Origin: Candidatus Thorarchaeota archaeon
GTDB lineage: Archaea; Asgardarchaeota; Thorarchaeia; Thorarchaeales; Thorarchaeaceae
NCBI GenBank assembly: GCA_048884965.1
Contig: JBHLQH010000025.1
Coordinates: 1-47,500 of the forward strand
Reading direction: 5' to 3'
DNA: 47,500 bases
Shown: in pieces, positions 36,643-45,980 of the stretch
Layout of the letters: every line of letters begins with the position of its first letter
Numbering within the stretch: position 1 is the stretch's first letter
Translations under genes and position numbers: made by a program
Notes under the pieces: generated by a model
Told to the model about the DNA's origin: nothing
The model's database searches: none
Seen by the model: only the letters and a program-made list of their open reading frames with translations

Positions 36643-37904
36643 AAACACTGATTGATTCTGCAAGGGAGCACACTCGAAGAGAACGTTCTGTTGGTCCCTC
36701 TCTGGACATGGGTCAGGCCCGTATAGTCGTCGTAGGATGCGGTGGGGCTGGTAATAACACCATCAAGCGCCTCATGTCAATAGGCGTCCAGGGTGCAGAA
36801 TGTCTAGCAATCAATACCGATCGCCAACACCTCGCAGTAACGACCGCTCACAGAAAGCTTCTGATTGGAGAGAAGATTACCCGAGGTCTTGGTGCAGGTG
36901 GCTACCCTCATGTCGGTCAGGCAGCAGCTGAAGAATCCGCACATCAGCTCTCAGAGCTCCTTCGTGACGCAGACTTGGTCTTCATAGCAGCAGGGATGGG
37001 CGGAGGCACAGGCACAGGAAGCGCGCCAATCGTAGCAGAGATCGCAAAACGGAACGATGCTATTGTAGTAGGCGTTGTTACCATGCCATTCAGCCTTGAA
37101 CGTACCCGGATCGATAAGGCGAAGGCTGGTTTGGCACGCTTACAGGAATACGCCGATACAGTCGTGGTCATTGACAACCAGAAGCTTATGGAGCTGGTCC
37201 CTGATCTCCCGTTAGAGGAGGCGTTTGGTGTTGCTGACGAAGTCCTTGCAGCCATGACCAAAGGCATCACAGAAACCATCACAATGCCCAGCTTGATCAA
37301 CCTTGACTATGCTGATGTTCGATCCATTATCTGCAATGGAGGTGTCGCTCTCGTTGGTCTTGGTGAGGCAATTGGCGAAAATCGTGCTGAGGAAGCAATC
37401 AAGAACGCTCTGAACAGTCCATTATTGGAGGTCGAGTGGAAAGGTTCCACTGGAGCCCTCATCCACATCACCGGAGGTCCCGATATGTCACTGGCTGAGG
37501 CGAACGGTGTCGGTGAGAAGATATCTGAGAAGATGAGCACAGATGCCAATGTCATCTGGGGCGCCCGTGTCGACCCTCGACTCACAGGTACTCTCCGTGT
37601 CATGCTCATCCTTACTGGTGTCAAGAGCCCCCAGCTACTTGCACGAACCACTGAGGAGAAGGAGGCGCCTCGGACCAGAAGCAGACTGGCGGACCTAGGA
37701 CTACTAGGCTCAGCAGGTTCCCTTGACCCTCGGAAGATAAAGGCCGAGTTCAGGTCCATCGGTAAGGTTCCCCAGGTCAGTAGAGGCTCATGGGAGGATC
37801 GTCTAAAGCCTCTTGAGAAACGAATCGAGAGCCAGATGGATGAGATGAAACGCGAAGAACGTCGGAAGAATCTGGATGATCTTGGACTGAGAAGGTTGAC
37901 CTAA
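36639..37904 (+). CDS. ftsZ: cell division protein FtsZ (probably FtsZ2-type) with a long C-terminal tail
   Basis: [28 protein letters not shown]7 loop INLDYADV. Confidence 0.97.
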   Translation: MKTLIDSAREHTRRERSVGPSLDMGQARIVVVGCGGAGNNTIKRLMSIGVQGAECLAINTDRQHLAVTTAHRKLLIGEKITRGLGAGGYPHVGQAAAEESAHQLSELLRDADLVFIAAGMGGGTGTGSAPIVAEIAKRNDAIVVGVVTMPFSLERTRIDKAKAGLARLQEYADTVVVIDNQKLMELVPDLPLEEAFGVADEVLAAMTKGITETITMPSLINLDYADVRSIICNGGVALVGLGEAIGENRAEEAIKNALNSPLLEVEWKGSTGALIHITGGPDMSLAEANGVGEKISEKMSTDANVIWGARVDPRLTGTLRVMLILTGVKSPQLLARTTEEKEAPRTRSRLADLGLLGSAGSLDPRKIKAEFRSIGKVPQVSRGSWEDRLKPLEKRIESQMDEMKREERRKNLDDLGLRRLT

Positions 37905-37936
37905 TCCCTCTCAGTTCCTTCTTTTCCCCACAGATC

Positions 37937-38962
37937 CTAGCCCATAATCAATCGAACGATATCAATTACAAGAACATCCTTAGCAGATGTAATCTCTTGC
38001 AAATCGATTCGTGAAATATATCGTATGTACTCCTTCAAAGCTTGCGATATGTTAGATTGATGTGATTTCTGCGCATCGAGGTTTGTTTGGAGATCGATTC
38101 CAATCTTGCTGAATTCTTCTTGAACATCCAGAAAATCCTCTCCATCACAGGACATACCGAGTTCTAGGTCAGATAATATCGCAAAACCATGGGCAGTATA
38201 CCAAAGGTCTTCTAGATCGACCATCGACACTTCATAATCGTACCCCTCACGGATTTGCGAACTAGCAAGCGGTAGTAATCTCTCAACTTCCTGCTTCCTC
38301 AGCTCAAGAACCTTGTCAACACGCTTCGCTAGGACTTCGTAGTCTGCCATCTTTTCAATATCAAGCCCAATAGTAGTTCCGCCTCTATCAATCTGAGCAG
38401 ATACTTGATTGATTACAAGCTCATGAGCATCCTTCTCAGAGCTTGAAGGTATCGCCCAAAGCACCCTTAGGAACTCCAATGGATCAGTTTCTGATAGTCC
38501 TACCCACTGAAGACCCAGAGTCGATAGCAAGTTCTGAAGAACTAAAATATGTAGCCAGTGGGCTTCATACGCTTCTGGTGTGGGAATAGTTCCACTGATG
38601 CTAGAATCGATCGTCCCTTTCTCCAAGAGGTCCAAAACCATCCTCATTCTCTCTCTATAGGGCTCATCGTCACTATCCGACTCGGCGGATTCTTGCACGA
38701 AGAGCACCACGGCAGATTTGCTAGATATAGGAGGCCATCCTCCACCTTCAATCAGTATTCTATACCCTTTTTTCGGGATGACGGTCAAGGGTCCATCGTA
38801 GTCATCGTATGGATTGTAGCTAATAGCCAGAGACTCTGGGTCCTTTTCAAAATCCCTGTACTTGATAGAAAGAAGAATTTTCTGGTTTCGCTTATCAATC
38901 ACAATGAGATGCAGAAGCCTTTGCTCATCGAAGGCTGTCCGAGGGCTGTGCGTACTATCCAT
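37937..38962 (-). CDS. hypothetical protein: longin-like N-terminal domain plus uncharacterised helical C-terminal domain
   Basis: pattern LLHLIVID/ILLSIKY/LTVIP/YRILIEG/AVVLFV/helix; C-terminal QIDRGG...LDIE, LW.TAHGF.IL..L. Confidence 0.6.
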   Translation of the reverse strand: MDSTHSPRTAFDEQRLLHLIVIDKRNQKILLSIKYRDFEKDPESLAISYNPYDDYDGPLTVIPKKGYRILIEGGGWPPISSKSAVVLFVQESAESDSDDEPYRERMRMVLDLLEKGTIDSSISGTIPTPEAYEAHWLHILVLQNLLSTLGLQWVGLSETDPLEFLRVLWAIPSSSEKDAHELVINQVSAQIDRGGTTIGLDIEKMADYEVLAKRVDKVLELRKQEVERLLPLASSQIREGYDYEVSMVDLEDLWYTAHGFAILSDLELGMSCDGEDFLDVQEEFSKIGIDLQTNLDAQKSHQSNISQALKEYIRYISRIDLQEITSAKDVLVIDIVRLIMG

Positions 38963-39122
38963 TCCAAAATCTCACTCTCGCAGATACTACCATCATCTCC
39001 TAATGTTTCTTATCCCAGAGAGAATAATATGATGGTGAGGAATACAGATGTCGCTCTATAGTATGCATATTCCTAGTGACCACTAGTTTGACACAAAGGG
39101 AGTGGTCAACTCATCGGTTCCC

Positions 39123-39551
39123 TTACTCTAGTAGACCACGGTCTCGTAACCATGGCTCGGCGACTTGTGCGACTCGCTCATAGAGCGGTCCGGTCCCATC
39201 GACACCTTCTGGTGTGATCCTGATCTTGTTCATGACAACGATAATGCTCGTATCAGGGAAGTACTGGACACCACCTGGTGGGAATTGCTTTTCGAGTTCC
39301 CTAGCTAGGCCCTCTAGACTGATCTCCTTCTCTGCAACGGAGAACGACAAGATACTTGGACCATAGATGAACATCTTGGGCACATTGGCTGCGCCACCCA
39401 CACCTGCCAAGACGATGCTCAGGGTGCTCTGGTCTATCCCGACAAGGGTACCATTGTAGATCTTTCCATTGGTCAATTCGACATCTACTGTTGCGCCAAC
39501 GACCGCTGCCATCTCGCGGTTGAAGGCTCTCATTGCTGCGACATCTGACAT
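39123..39551 (-). CDS. Lsm/Sm-like RNA-binding protein with C-terminal domain (SmAP3 type)
   Basis: V.VELTNGKIY.GTLVGID...L.IVL Sm1 motif; Lsm_C-like I.VMNKIRI...GV.G.GPL.ERV. Confidence 0.88.
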   Translation of the reverse strand: MSDVAAMRAFNREMAAVVGATVDVELTNGKIYNGTLVGIDQSTLSIVLAGVGGAANVPKMFIYGPSILSFSVAEKEISLEGLARELEKQFPPGGVQYFPDTSIIVVMNKIRITPEGVDGTGPLYERVAQVAEPWLRDRGLLE

Positions 39552-39642
39552 TCCTATTATCACCTTTCAAAGTAAAAGTGCAAACTACCTCAGTCGCGAA
39601 AACAACCCGTTTTAAAACCTCTGTTAAGACCCTAGCTCAAAA

Positions 39643-39987
39643 ATGGTGATGGGTTACCAAATAGAGAAAAATCTGATAAGCAATCAATCACAATTCATAC
39701 CTAAGGGTGGTAGTGTGTACAGATTCTATCTGCTACAGGACATAGAAAGACATGTCTATCTGAGCGACATTCTCTTAGTAACCGGGATGTTAGTTGTAGC
39801 AACCGTTTTCACTGTACTCATTCTTCGATGGCGACTTGCAGTTTCGGTTGATAGTGCTCCCAAGTTCTACAGATATGACCTACAAATACATCACTGTCCG
39901 TTTTGCGAACATCCTGTCGTAGGGAGGGGAGATCAAGTCTGTGCGAATTGCGGACATACCCTAGCACTTGAATCAGTGATATGCTGA
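39643..39987 (+). CDS. membrane-anchored zinc-ribbon protein
   Basis: one TM helix then CPFC...CANCG; start uncertain. Confidence 0.65.
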   Translation: MVMGYQIEKNLISNQSQFIPKGGSVYRFYLLQDIERHVYLSDILLVTGMLVVATVFTVLILRWRLAVSVDSAPKFYRYDLQIHHCPFCEHPVVGRGDQVCANCGHTLALESVIC

Positions 39988-40116
39988 ATCTCACCCTAGT
40001 TCACTATGGCGAATCCTAGTCGTTGGAAAGTGTTCAAGATTGTGTTAATCGTAGACGGTGCAGTAGGGAAACCACGATAACCCCAGTTCGCTCTGATGAA
40101 TTCCAACTGAATCCTG

Positions 40117-41007
40117 CTATCCTCTTCTCTTGATAAATACCACCACAACAAGTATCACAGCAATTCCACCAGCAATTATCAGACCGTATATCAGAACCTG
40201 CATATCTCCACTATCAGGTAATGAGGATTCTATCTGCCAGATTGCGATGCGAAGGAGAAAATCCCATTCAGTATCTGGATCGATATACGCATCAAAGTCA
40301 TTCGTGTCATCTCTTGAGATTCCCTCTTCATATTCGGGATGAGGACTCGAAAGAAACGCATTACCATATCCATAGGTGAAAGCAATCATACCCGGACCGT
40401 TGCCCTCACTGTACCTAGCTATGGGAATATAGTCAAATCCCTCATCGGGAACGAAATAGGATGAACCCCAATAAAGGGTACTGAAGTTCTCAGGCATATC
40501 CGATAGATTTGGCCCATGGCAGGTCGTGTTAAGGGTCATCTCCATTTGTGCCATTGATATATCTCCAGGAACGACTTGTTCATACGTCCCATTATATATG
40601 CCAAGTCTTCTGCTAGCGGCTGCGAAGATAGCACCGCCACATATACCAAAGTATGAGCCTCCTTCTGCAATCCAATCTCTAAGATTCTCGATTCCACTTG
40701 TTCCTAGAGCGCCCATGTAGGCATTAACCATGCCCCCTGGCATTGCAAGAAGATCATATTCATCAAGCACATCCGACCTCACCTCACTAGCATTGACATA
40801 TTCCACTGTCGCATTCATCCACTCAAACATAGCATGAAGTGCAATGGCACTGGATGTGACGATATAATCACTGTAATACCAGACTGCTACTTTTACTCCT
40901 TCAAGATCTACTCTTTCGGAATCGTTTTGAGCAAAAGCTGGATAGGGCCCTATAAGTATGAGTACAAACATGACTCCAGTTAGTATGAGCATGACTCTTC
41001 TTTGCAT
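40117..41007 (-). CDS. BPL_N/class I glutamine amidotransferase-like protein, exported and membrane-anchored
   Basis: MPGG, GGSYFGICGGA, SPHPE; signal peptide ending AFA; C-terminal TM plus KRRG. Confidence 0.85.
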   Translation of the reverse strand: MQRRVMLILTGVMFVLILIGPYPAFAQNDSERVDLEGVKVAVWYYSDYIVTSSAIALHAMFEWMNATVEYVNASEVRSDVLDEYDLLAMPGGMVNAYMGALGTSGIENLRDWIAEGGSYFGICGGAIFAAASRRLGIYNGTYEQVVPGDISMAQMEMTLNTTCHGPNLSDMPENFSTLYWGSSYFVPDEGFDYIPIARYSEGNGPGMIAFTYGYGNAFLSSPHPEYEEGISRDDTNDFDAYIDPDTEWDFLLRIAIWQIESSLPDSGDMQVLIYGLIIAGGIAVILVVVVFIKRRG

Positions 41008-41374
41008 TCACATCCACCTTAGGAATTTTATATAACTGAGCAAGAAAAAGTTACAATCTCTAATTAAGACTCCATATCGGCGCAACGAGAAAGAAGAAAC
41101 GGCTTGCCACAGAAGGTATTGGTAAATCTCAGATTCTAGTGATTCTTCTATGAAAAGAATGAATTGAAACAGCTAGTATCGCTACGTTATTGACGAGAAG
41201 ATGGTCAGCTCAACTTAGTACGGTGCAAGTCATGATAACACTCACTCTACATTAGAGATATCTTCATCCAAAGACGCTTTCAAAAAATTGGACTGAATGA
41301 TTCAAATACAAGTAGTTCTATCACGCAGGTTGGGTCGCACTATCTAATCCTAATATGTATGTGAGTCGAAGATC

Positions 41375-41680
41375 ATGATAGAGCTAATTATCGCAGGTTT
41401 GCTAGTTCTCTTCATGGGCGGCATGTGCTTTGACTGGATTTGTTCGGGAAGCATCAATCCAATCTACAACAATAGAGCTGAGCATAGCGAAGGAGAGGCC
41501 GTTCCATCTCCACTCCCTTATAGCAAACCGCTTTCAAAGGAGGGAACAATCAGACTGACTTGTCCCATGTGCAGGTTGAACAGCGAATATAATGTTGAGA
41601 TTCTCAAATCCCAAGGACATGTGAAATGTAGAAGGTGTGAACACATCTTTGGCCAAGATACCCTAATTGAAATCGACTAA
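41375..41680 (+). CDS. membrane-anchored zinc-ribbon protein
   Basis: N-terminal TM, then CPMC...VKCRRCEHIF. Confidence 0.7.
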   Translation: MIELIIAGLLVLFMGGMCFDWICSGSINPIYNNRAEHSEGEAVPSPLPYSKPLSKEGTIRLTCPMCRLNSEYNVEILKSQGHVKCRRCEHIFGQDTLIEID

Positions 41681-41777
41681 GAATCTAGAACATCAGTAGG
41701 TTGTAGACACTCTTCCGAGAATAGCAAGTATCGCTAGGTTATTAACATGAAAGCGTTCCGCCCACCACAGTAGTACG

Positions 41778-42641
41778 GTGATAGCTGTGACGACACCTGC
41801 TCCACACATCTCATTACAATACCTCCGTGAGGAGGCACTCCCGTCGCCCTTTTGCCCAGGTTGCGGCAATGGCACACAGATCAACGCGTTTCTGAAGGCA
41901 GTGAAAGACCTAGGACATGAGGATTTTAGCGGCTTCGCCTTCGTATCTGGCATCGGGTGCGGTGCCTGGATTCCTTCTCCCCACTTCAAGGCAGATACCC
42001 TTCACACGACCCATGGACGAGCGATCGCCTTTGCGACTGGTCTTAAGCTGGCCAATCCCGAACTGAAGGTCGTCGTGATCTCTGGAGACGGAGACCTCGC
42101 TACCATAGGAGGGAACCATCTCATCCATGCAGCACGACGCAATGTGGACATGACCGTGATATGCAGCAACAACTACAACTATGGCATGACCGGAGGACAG
42201 GTGAGCGCGACAACGTTCACGGGAGATACCACTTCTACTACACCTTATGGCAATCCCGAGCGCCCATTTGATATATCCAGACTCGTCGCAGCAGCAGGAG
42301 CCAACTACGTCGCTCGATGGACCACTGCTCACCCGAATCAGGCGGCACGTGCCATGAGGACCGCTCTCCAACGAAGAGGATTCACCTTTATTGAGATGTT
42401 GAGCCAGTGTCCGACAGCCTACGGTCGTAGAGCAAAGGTCGGGGACGCTCAGAAGTTCTTGGAATGGTTCAAGGCTCTCCCAGTACGGAAGGTCGATGAC
42501 CCTCTGAATCATAAGGTACCAACGAAGACCGGACTTGACCTTGGCGTGTTCGTAGATAGGGACGAACCAGGACTTGTCGAAACAATGAACGAGATGATCT
42601 CTCGTATTCCGGATGTGGTGATAGATGCGTCAGGAGATTAG
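41778..42641 (+). CDS. korB: 2-oxoacid:ferredoxin oxidoreductase beta subunit
   Basis: FCPGCG, SGIGC, HTTHGRA, SGDGD...IGGNH, NN..YGMTGGQ, CPT. Confidence 0.92.
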   Translation: MIAVTTPAPHISLQYLREEALPSPFCPGCGNGTQINAFLKAVKDLGHEDFSGFAFVSGIGCGAWIPSPHFKADTLHTTHGRAIAFATGLKLANPELKVVVISGDGDLATIGGNHLIHAARRNVDMTVICSNNYNYGMTGGQVSATTFTGDTTSTTPYGNPERPFDISRLVAAAGANYVARWTTAHPNQAARAMRTALQRRGFTFIEMLSQCPTAYGRRAKVGDAQKFLEWFKALPVRKVDDPLNHKVPTKTGLDLGVFVDRDEPGLVETMNEMISRIPDVVIDASGD

Positions 42642-43149
42642 AATAGCAGGGACTGGCGGGATGGGCGTCGTCCTAGCCGGGGTCATTGTAGGGCATGCTG
42701 CCGTTCGAGCAGGACTTAATGCGGTCCAAAGCCAGAGCTATGGTTCAGAGGCCCGTGGAACTGCTGCCAAGAGCGAGGTCATCATCAGCGATGGAGATAT
42801 CCACTATCCAAAGGTTCGAAGATCTGACATTCTTGTGGCGATGAATCAAAAGGCCATTGATGCGTATCTGCCTGATGCAAAGGAAGGTAGTGTAGTGATA
42901 GCAGATCCCGATCTTGTAGATATATCACAGATAGAAGGCAAGTATCAAGTGTTCAAGGTGCCTGCAATGCGAACAGCGGACGAGCTTGGTCTTAGACTCG
43001 TATCCAATATGGTGATGTTGGGTGCTCTCGCAAAGACTGTTGGTTCAATCACTGATGAGGCATTAGAAGAAGCTGTGAGTAACTCAGTGCCAGCAAAGTA
43101 TCTCGAGCTCAATATGAAGGCAGTCAGAGCAGGTGCAGCATTCATCTAG
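42625..43149 (+). CDS. korC: 2-oxoacid:ferredoxin oxidoreductase gamma subunit
   Basis: IRIAG.GG.GVVLAG, QSYGSEARG, NMVMLGAL. Confidence 0.92.
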   Translation: MRQEIRIAGTGGMGVVLAGVIVGHAAVRAGLNAVQSQSYGSEARGTAAKSEVIISDGDIHYPKVRRSDILVAMNQKAIDAYLPDAKEGSVVIADPDLVDISQIEGKYQVFKVPAMRTADELGLRLVSNMVMLGALAKTVGSITDEALEEAVSNSVPAKYLELNMKAVRAGAAFI

Positions 43150-43424
43150 CCCCCGTGTACGAGGGGCAGGATTACTATCTCATCACCCGCTTCAAGAATA
43201 GTGCTCAATCCGTCTAAGAGCCCCACGTCCACCTCATTCTTGAGGAGGAGTGCCTCTCGGTCTATCTGGTTCGAGTCATCCCATACCTCTTTCATGGGTG
43301 GAATGGTATTCAGCGCCAAATCAAGGGCCTGTTGGAGTGTACTAGCTTCGGGTGCCTCGAGTTCAACCCTATCGATGGACATCTGAGAGGCAAGGGGTCC
43401 TCGAAATCGAATTCTTACCTTCAT
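43146..43424 (-). CDS. MoaD/ThiS/SAMP ubiquitin-like sulfur carrier
   Basis: beta-grasp pattern, GDEIVILPLVHGG C-terminal di-glycine. Confidence 0.9.
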   Translation of the reverse strand: MKVRIRFRGPLASQMSIDRVELEAPEASTLQQALDLALNTIPPMKEVWDDSNQIDREALLLKNEVDVGLLDGLSTILEAGDEIVILPLVHGG

Positions 43425-43559
43425 TCTTCTCATTTTTCTGGCTATCTCAATCCATGATAAAGTGTACGGAGATAGCTCATTTTGGCCGAGTACGAAATAC
43501 TAATAGAGGAATGTATCCGCACTCGTCTAACTTCTAATGATGTTAAGGAGCCCCTAGTG

Positions 43560-45005
43560 ATGAGTAGGTTAGCTAGAGCCTTTGGTCTTCAAGACGCCAC
43601 ACAGGCAGGTATTGGTCTAGCTAAGACTCTAGCTATGGTCTTGCCTGCATTCGCCATCGTGTTTCAAGTATCGACCACCTTCTGGACGATATTCATTGCT
43701 GAATCTCTCGGTGGTGGCGACTACTTGGCAGGTATCACGATAGTCAGCTTTCTCGTCGTGATTCAACTCATCGTCCAGACAATATTTGACTATCCAACTG
43801 GAGCCCTTGGTGATCACATTGGACAAAGATGGGTCATCGCTTCAGCTCTTTTCTGTTACGCGATTGCATTCTGGATAACCTCGACGTTGACCTACACGAC
43901 CGAGTTTATTGTTTATGTGGCAATTTATGGCCTCATGGGGTTTGGTGCGTCACAAGAGAGCGGAGCATTCCATGCGTGGTTTGACAATAATTATCGTGTT
44001 GCTATGCCCCAAGACAAGGATAGGAAGGCATACGGCGTCTTCTGGGGCAAGGTCGGATTCATTTGGCAGATATCCTCTACCCTTGTCCTGATACCAGGGA
44101 GCATAATCGCGACTATCTTCTTCAGGCAACTGGTCTTCCAGATTCAGGCTATTGCGTGTATTCTCTTGGCATTCGTCGTCCTTTCTATAATCAAGGACTT
44201 ACCCGGAGCGAGAGAAGTTTCTGAATCCAAGTCGTTCAAGGAATATGCTGGACTCATGAAGGATGGGGTTCGATTCCTCTTCTCAAGTAGATTCGTTTCT
44301 CTCGTTCTCTTTGGCGAGGTTTTCCTGTGGGCTATAGGGACAGTGTGGTGGCAGATTGTTCTCTTCCCGCTGTACTTTGCCTACCTCTTCAACGATGTGA
44401 CAGTATCCTCGTTCAGGACTTTGGTCTTCTTCCCTGAGGCATTTGGTCAGGAGCGAAGTGGAGTTATCGCGCAAAGATTCGACCCGGTCAAGTGGACACC
44501 TCGATTAAGGTTCTTCCAGTTCCTAGGTGTAGTGTTCAATATCCTCTTGGCTGCTATCATCTTTGCAATGCCTCCTCCTACTGAAGCAGTAGATATCATC
44601 GGACTTTACATATTCGATGTTCCGATAATCGAGATGCCCGTGCAGTCAGTCCTCCCCATAGTTTTGCTATTCATAATCTTCATCATAACGGATTTGATTG
44701 GCGGAATAGCCAATATTCTGAATCAGCGAGTATTCCTAGATGTAGTACCCAACAGGATTCGAAACAGCATCTACTCTCTACAGCCTACAATAGCGATGAT
44801 GATGGCCATACCATTCATCCTTCTCTTCGGATGGCTCCTACCATTGCATGGATTCCCAACTACCTTCATGCTTATGGCGATAGTGACCCTGTTTGGCACT
44901 CTGTTAATCGTGCAGGGCTTTAGGAATCCCATTCCGCAAGCCGAGCTCGTCGTTCCTGCTGAGGAGGAAGCGATTGAGATAGTTGGAGACCTTGAGGTCA
45001 CCTAG
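43560..45005 (+). CDS. MFS transporter
   Basis: FDYPTGALGDHIGQR motif A, SQESGAF.AWFDNNY, P..IRN..YSL. Confidence 0.88.
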   Translation: MSRLARAFGLQDATQAGIGLAKTLAMVLPAFAIVFQVSTTFWTIFIAESLGGGDYLAGITIVSFLVVIQLIVQTIFDYPTGALGDHIGQRWVIASALFCYAIAFWITSTLTYTTEFIVYVAIYGLMGFGASQESGAFHAWFDNNYRVAMPQDKDRKAYGVFWGKVGFIWQISSTLVLIPGSIIATIFFRQLVFQIQAIACILLAFVVLSIIKDLPGAREVSESKSFKEYAGLMKDGVRFLFSSRFVSLVLFGEVFLWAIGTVWWQIVLFPLYFAYLFNDVTVSSFRTLVFFPEAFGQERSGVIAQRFDPVKWTPRLRFFQFLGVVFNILLAAIIFAMPPPTEAVDIIGLYIFDVPIIEMPVQSVLPIVLLFIIFIITDLIGGIANILNQRVFLDVVPNRIRNSIYSLQPTIAMMMAIPFILLFGWLLPLHGFPTTFMLMAIVTLFGTLLIVQGFRNPIPQAELVVPAEEEAIEIVGDLEVT

Positions 45006-45011
45006 CTTGAT

Positions 45012-45974
45012 CTAGAGCCCCAATGACTCCTTCAGGACAGTATGATTGACTCTTCCTGCCTTGTGTATCTCACCTGTTGTGATGTCGTTGATGGTAATCT
45101 CCGCAGGACTGAACAAGAGCGGGTCTACCTTATAGAAGTCGAACTCGACACTCTTGAATAGGTCATAGAATGGCTTTCCATACTGCTCTGAGGACGAGGA
45201 AGGTGCTTTCTTAGCTAATTCCGCGAGATTGTCCCCTTCACCAGGACGGATGTAATAGTATGTCTGCCCAGCATAGAGGATGCAATCATTCGTCGTTCCC
45301 ATGGCTTTGGCATCCTTCTTTGCTACTGGCGCCACTGGTGCCACTCCATGGCCATTCCGAATCTTTCGAGGGTCATAGCCGAGTTCATGGAGCTTGTGTA
45401 CTCCTACCTCTACGACTCGTGCTGAGATCTGGACTGATCCTACCTTACAGGCAGTGGGTGCAACGATACAGTAGAGGTCCTTGGCATCGATTCCACACTT
45501 GTTTGCAAGCTTGTCAGTTACCTTCTCATCAGGAGGCGTCCTTGTTTCCAGTACTGCCACCCCCACCTTCGCATCATCTGCATACTCAATTTCTTCATAG
45601 AGCTTCTCAACTCTAGATAATGCTCGAGCAGGTCCGGAAACCATCGCAAAATAATCGCCCGACTTGAATGCCCAGCCTGCATATTGTGCACCTAGACAAG
45701 CAATCGTTGGTTGATCTGTAGATACTATCACGGAAGGCAAAGTCATACTGTTGATTTGAACAGTAGACATTCGGACCGTGCCAAGGCCGCCCATGCACAC
45801 CTCACCAACCAATCTACCGAGCTCATCAGTGCCTTCGGTTTCAATACCCGCATCCAATATCGTTGTTCCATTCTCCAAGTTCGTTACTAAGCAACCAAGC
45901 TCTTTCTTTCGTTGAATAATTTCATCTACAATCTCTTTCGCCTTTTCATTGACACTGACTGTCATTCGATTCAA
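45012..45974 (-). CDS. mch: methenyltetrahydromethanopterin cyclohydrolase
   Basis: SVN, CMGGLG, CLGAQYAGW, SGPARAL, GSVQISARVVE, TNDCILY, DFYKVDP.LFSPA. Confidence 0.96.
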   Translation of the reverse strand: MNRMTVSVNEKAKEIVDEIIQRKKELGCLVTNLENGTTILDAGIETEGTDELGRLVGEVCMGGLGTVRMSTVQINSMTLPSVIVSTDQPTIACLGAQYAGWAFKSGDYFAMVSGPARALSRVEKLYEEIEYADDAKVGVAVLETRTPPDEKVTDKLANKCGIDAKDLYCIVAPTACKVGSVQISARVVEVGVHKLHELGYDPRKIRNGHGVAPVAPVAKKDAKAMGTTNDCILYAGQTYYYIRPGEGDNLAELAKKAPSSSSEQYGKPFYDLFKSVEFDFYKVDPLLFSPAEITINDITTGEIHKAGRVNHTVLKESLGL

Positions 45975-45980
45975 CCTCCC

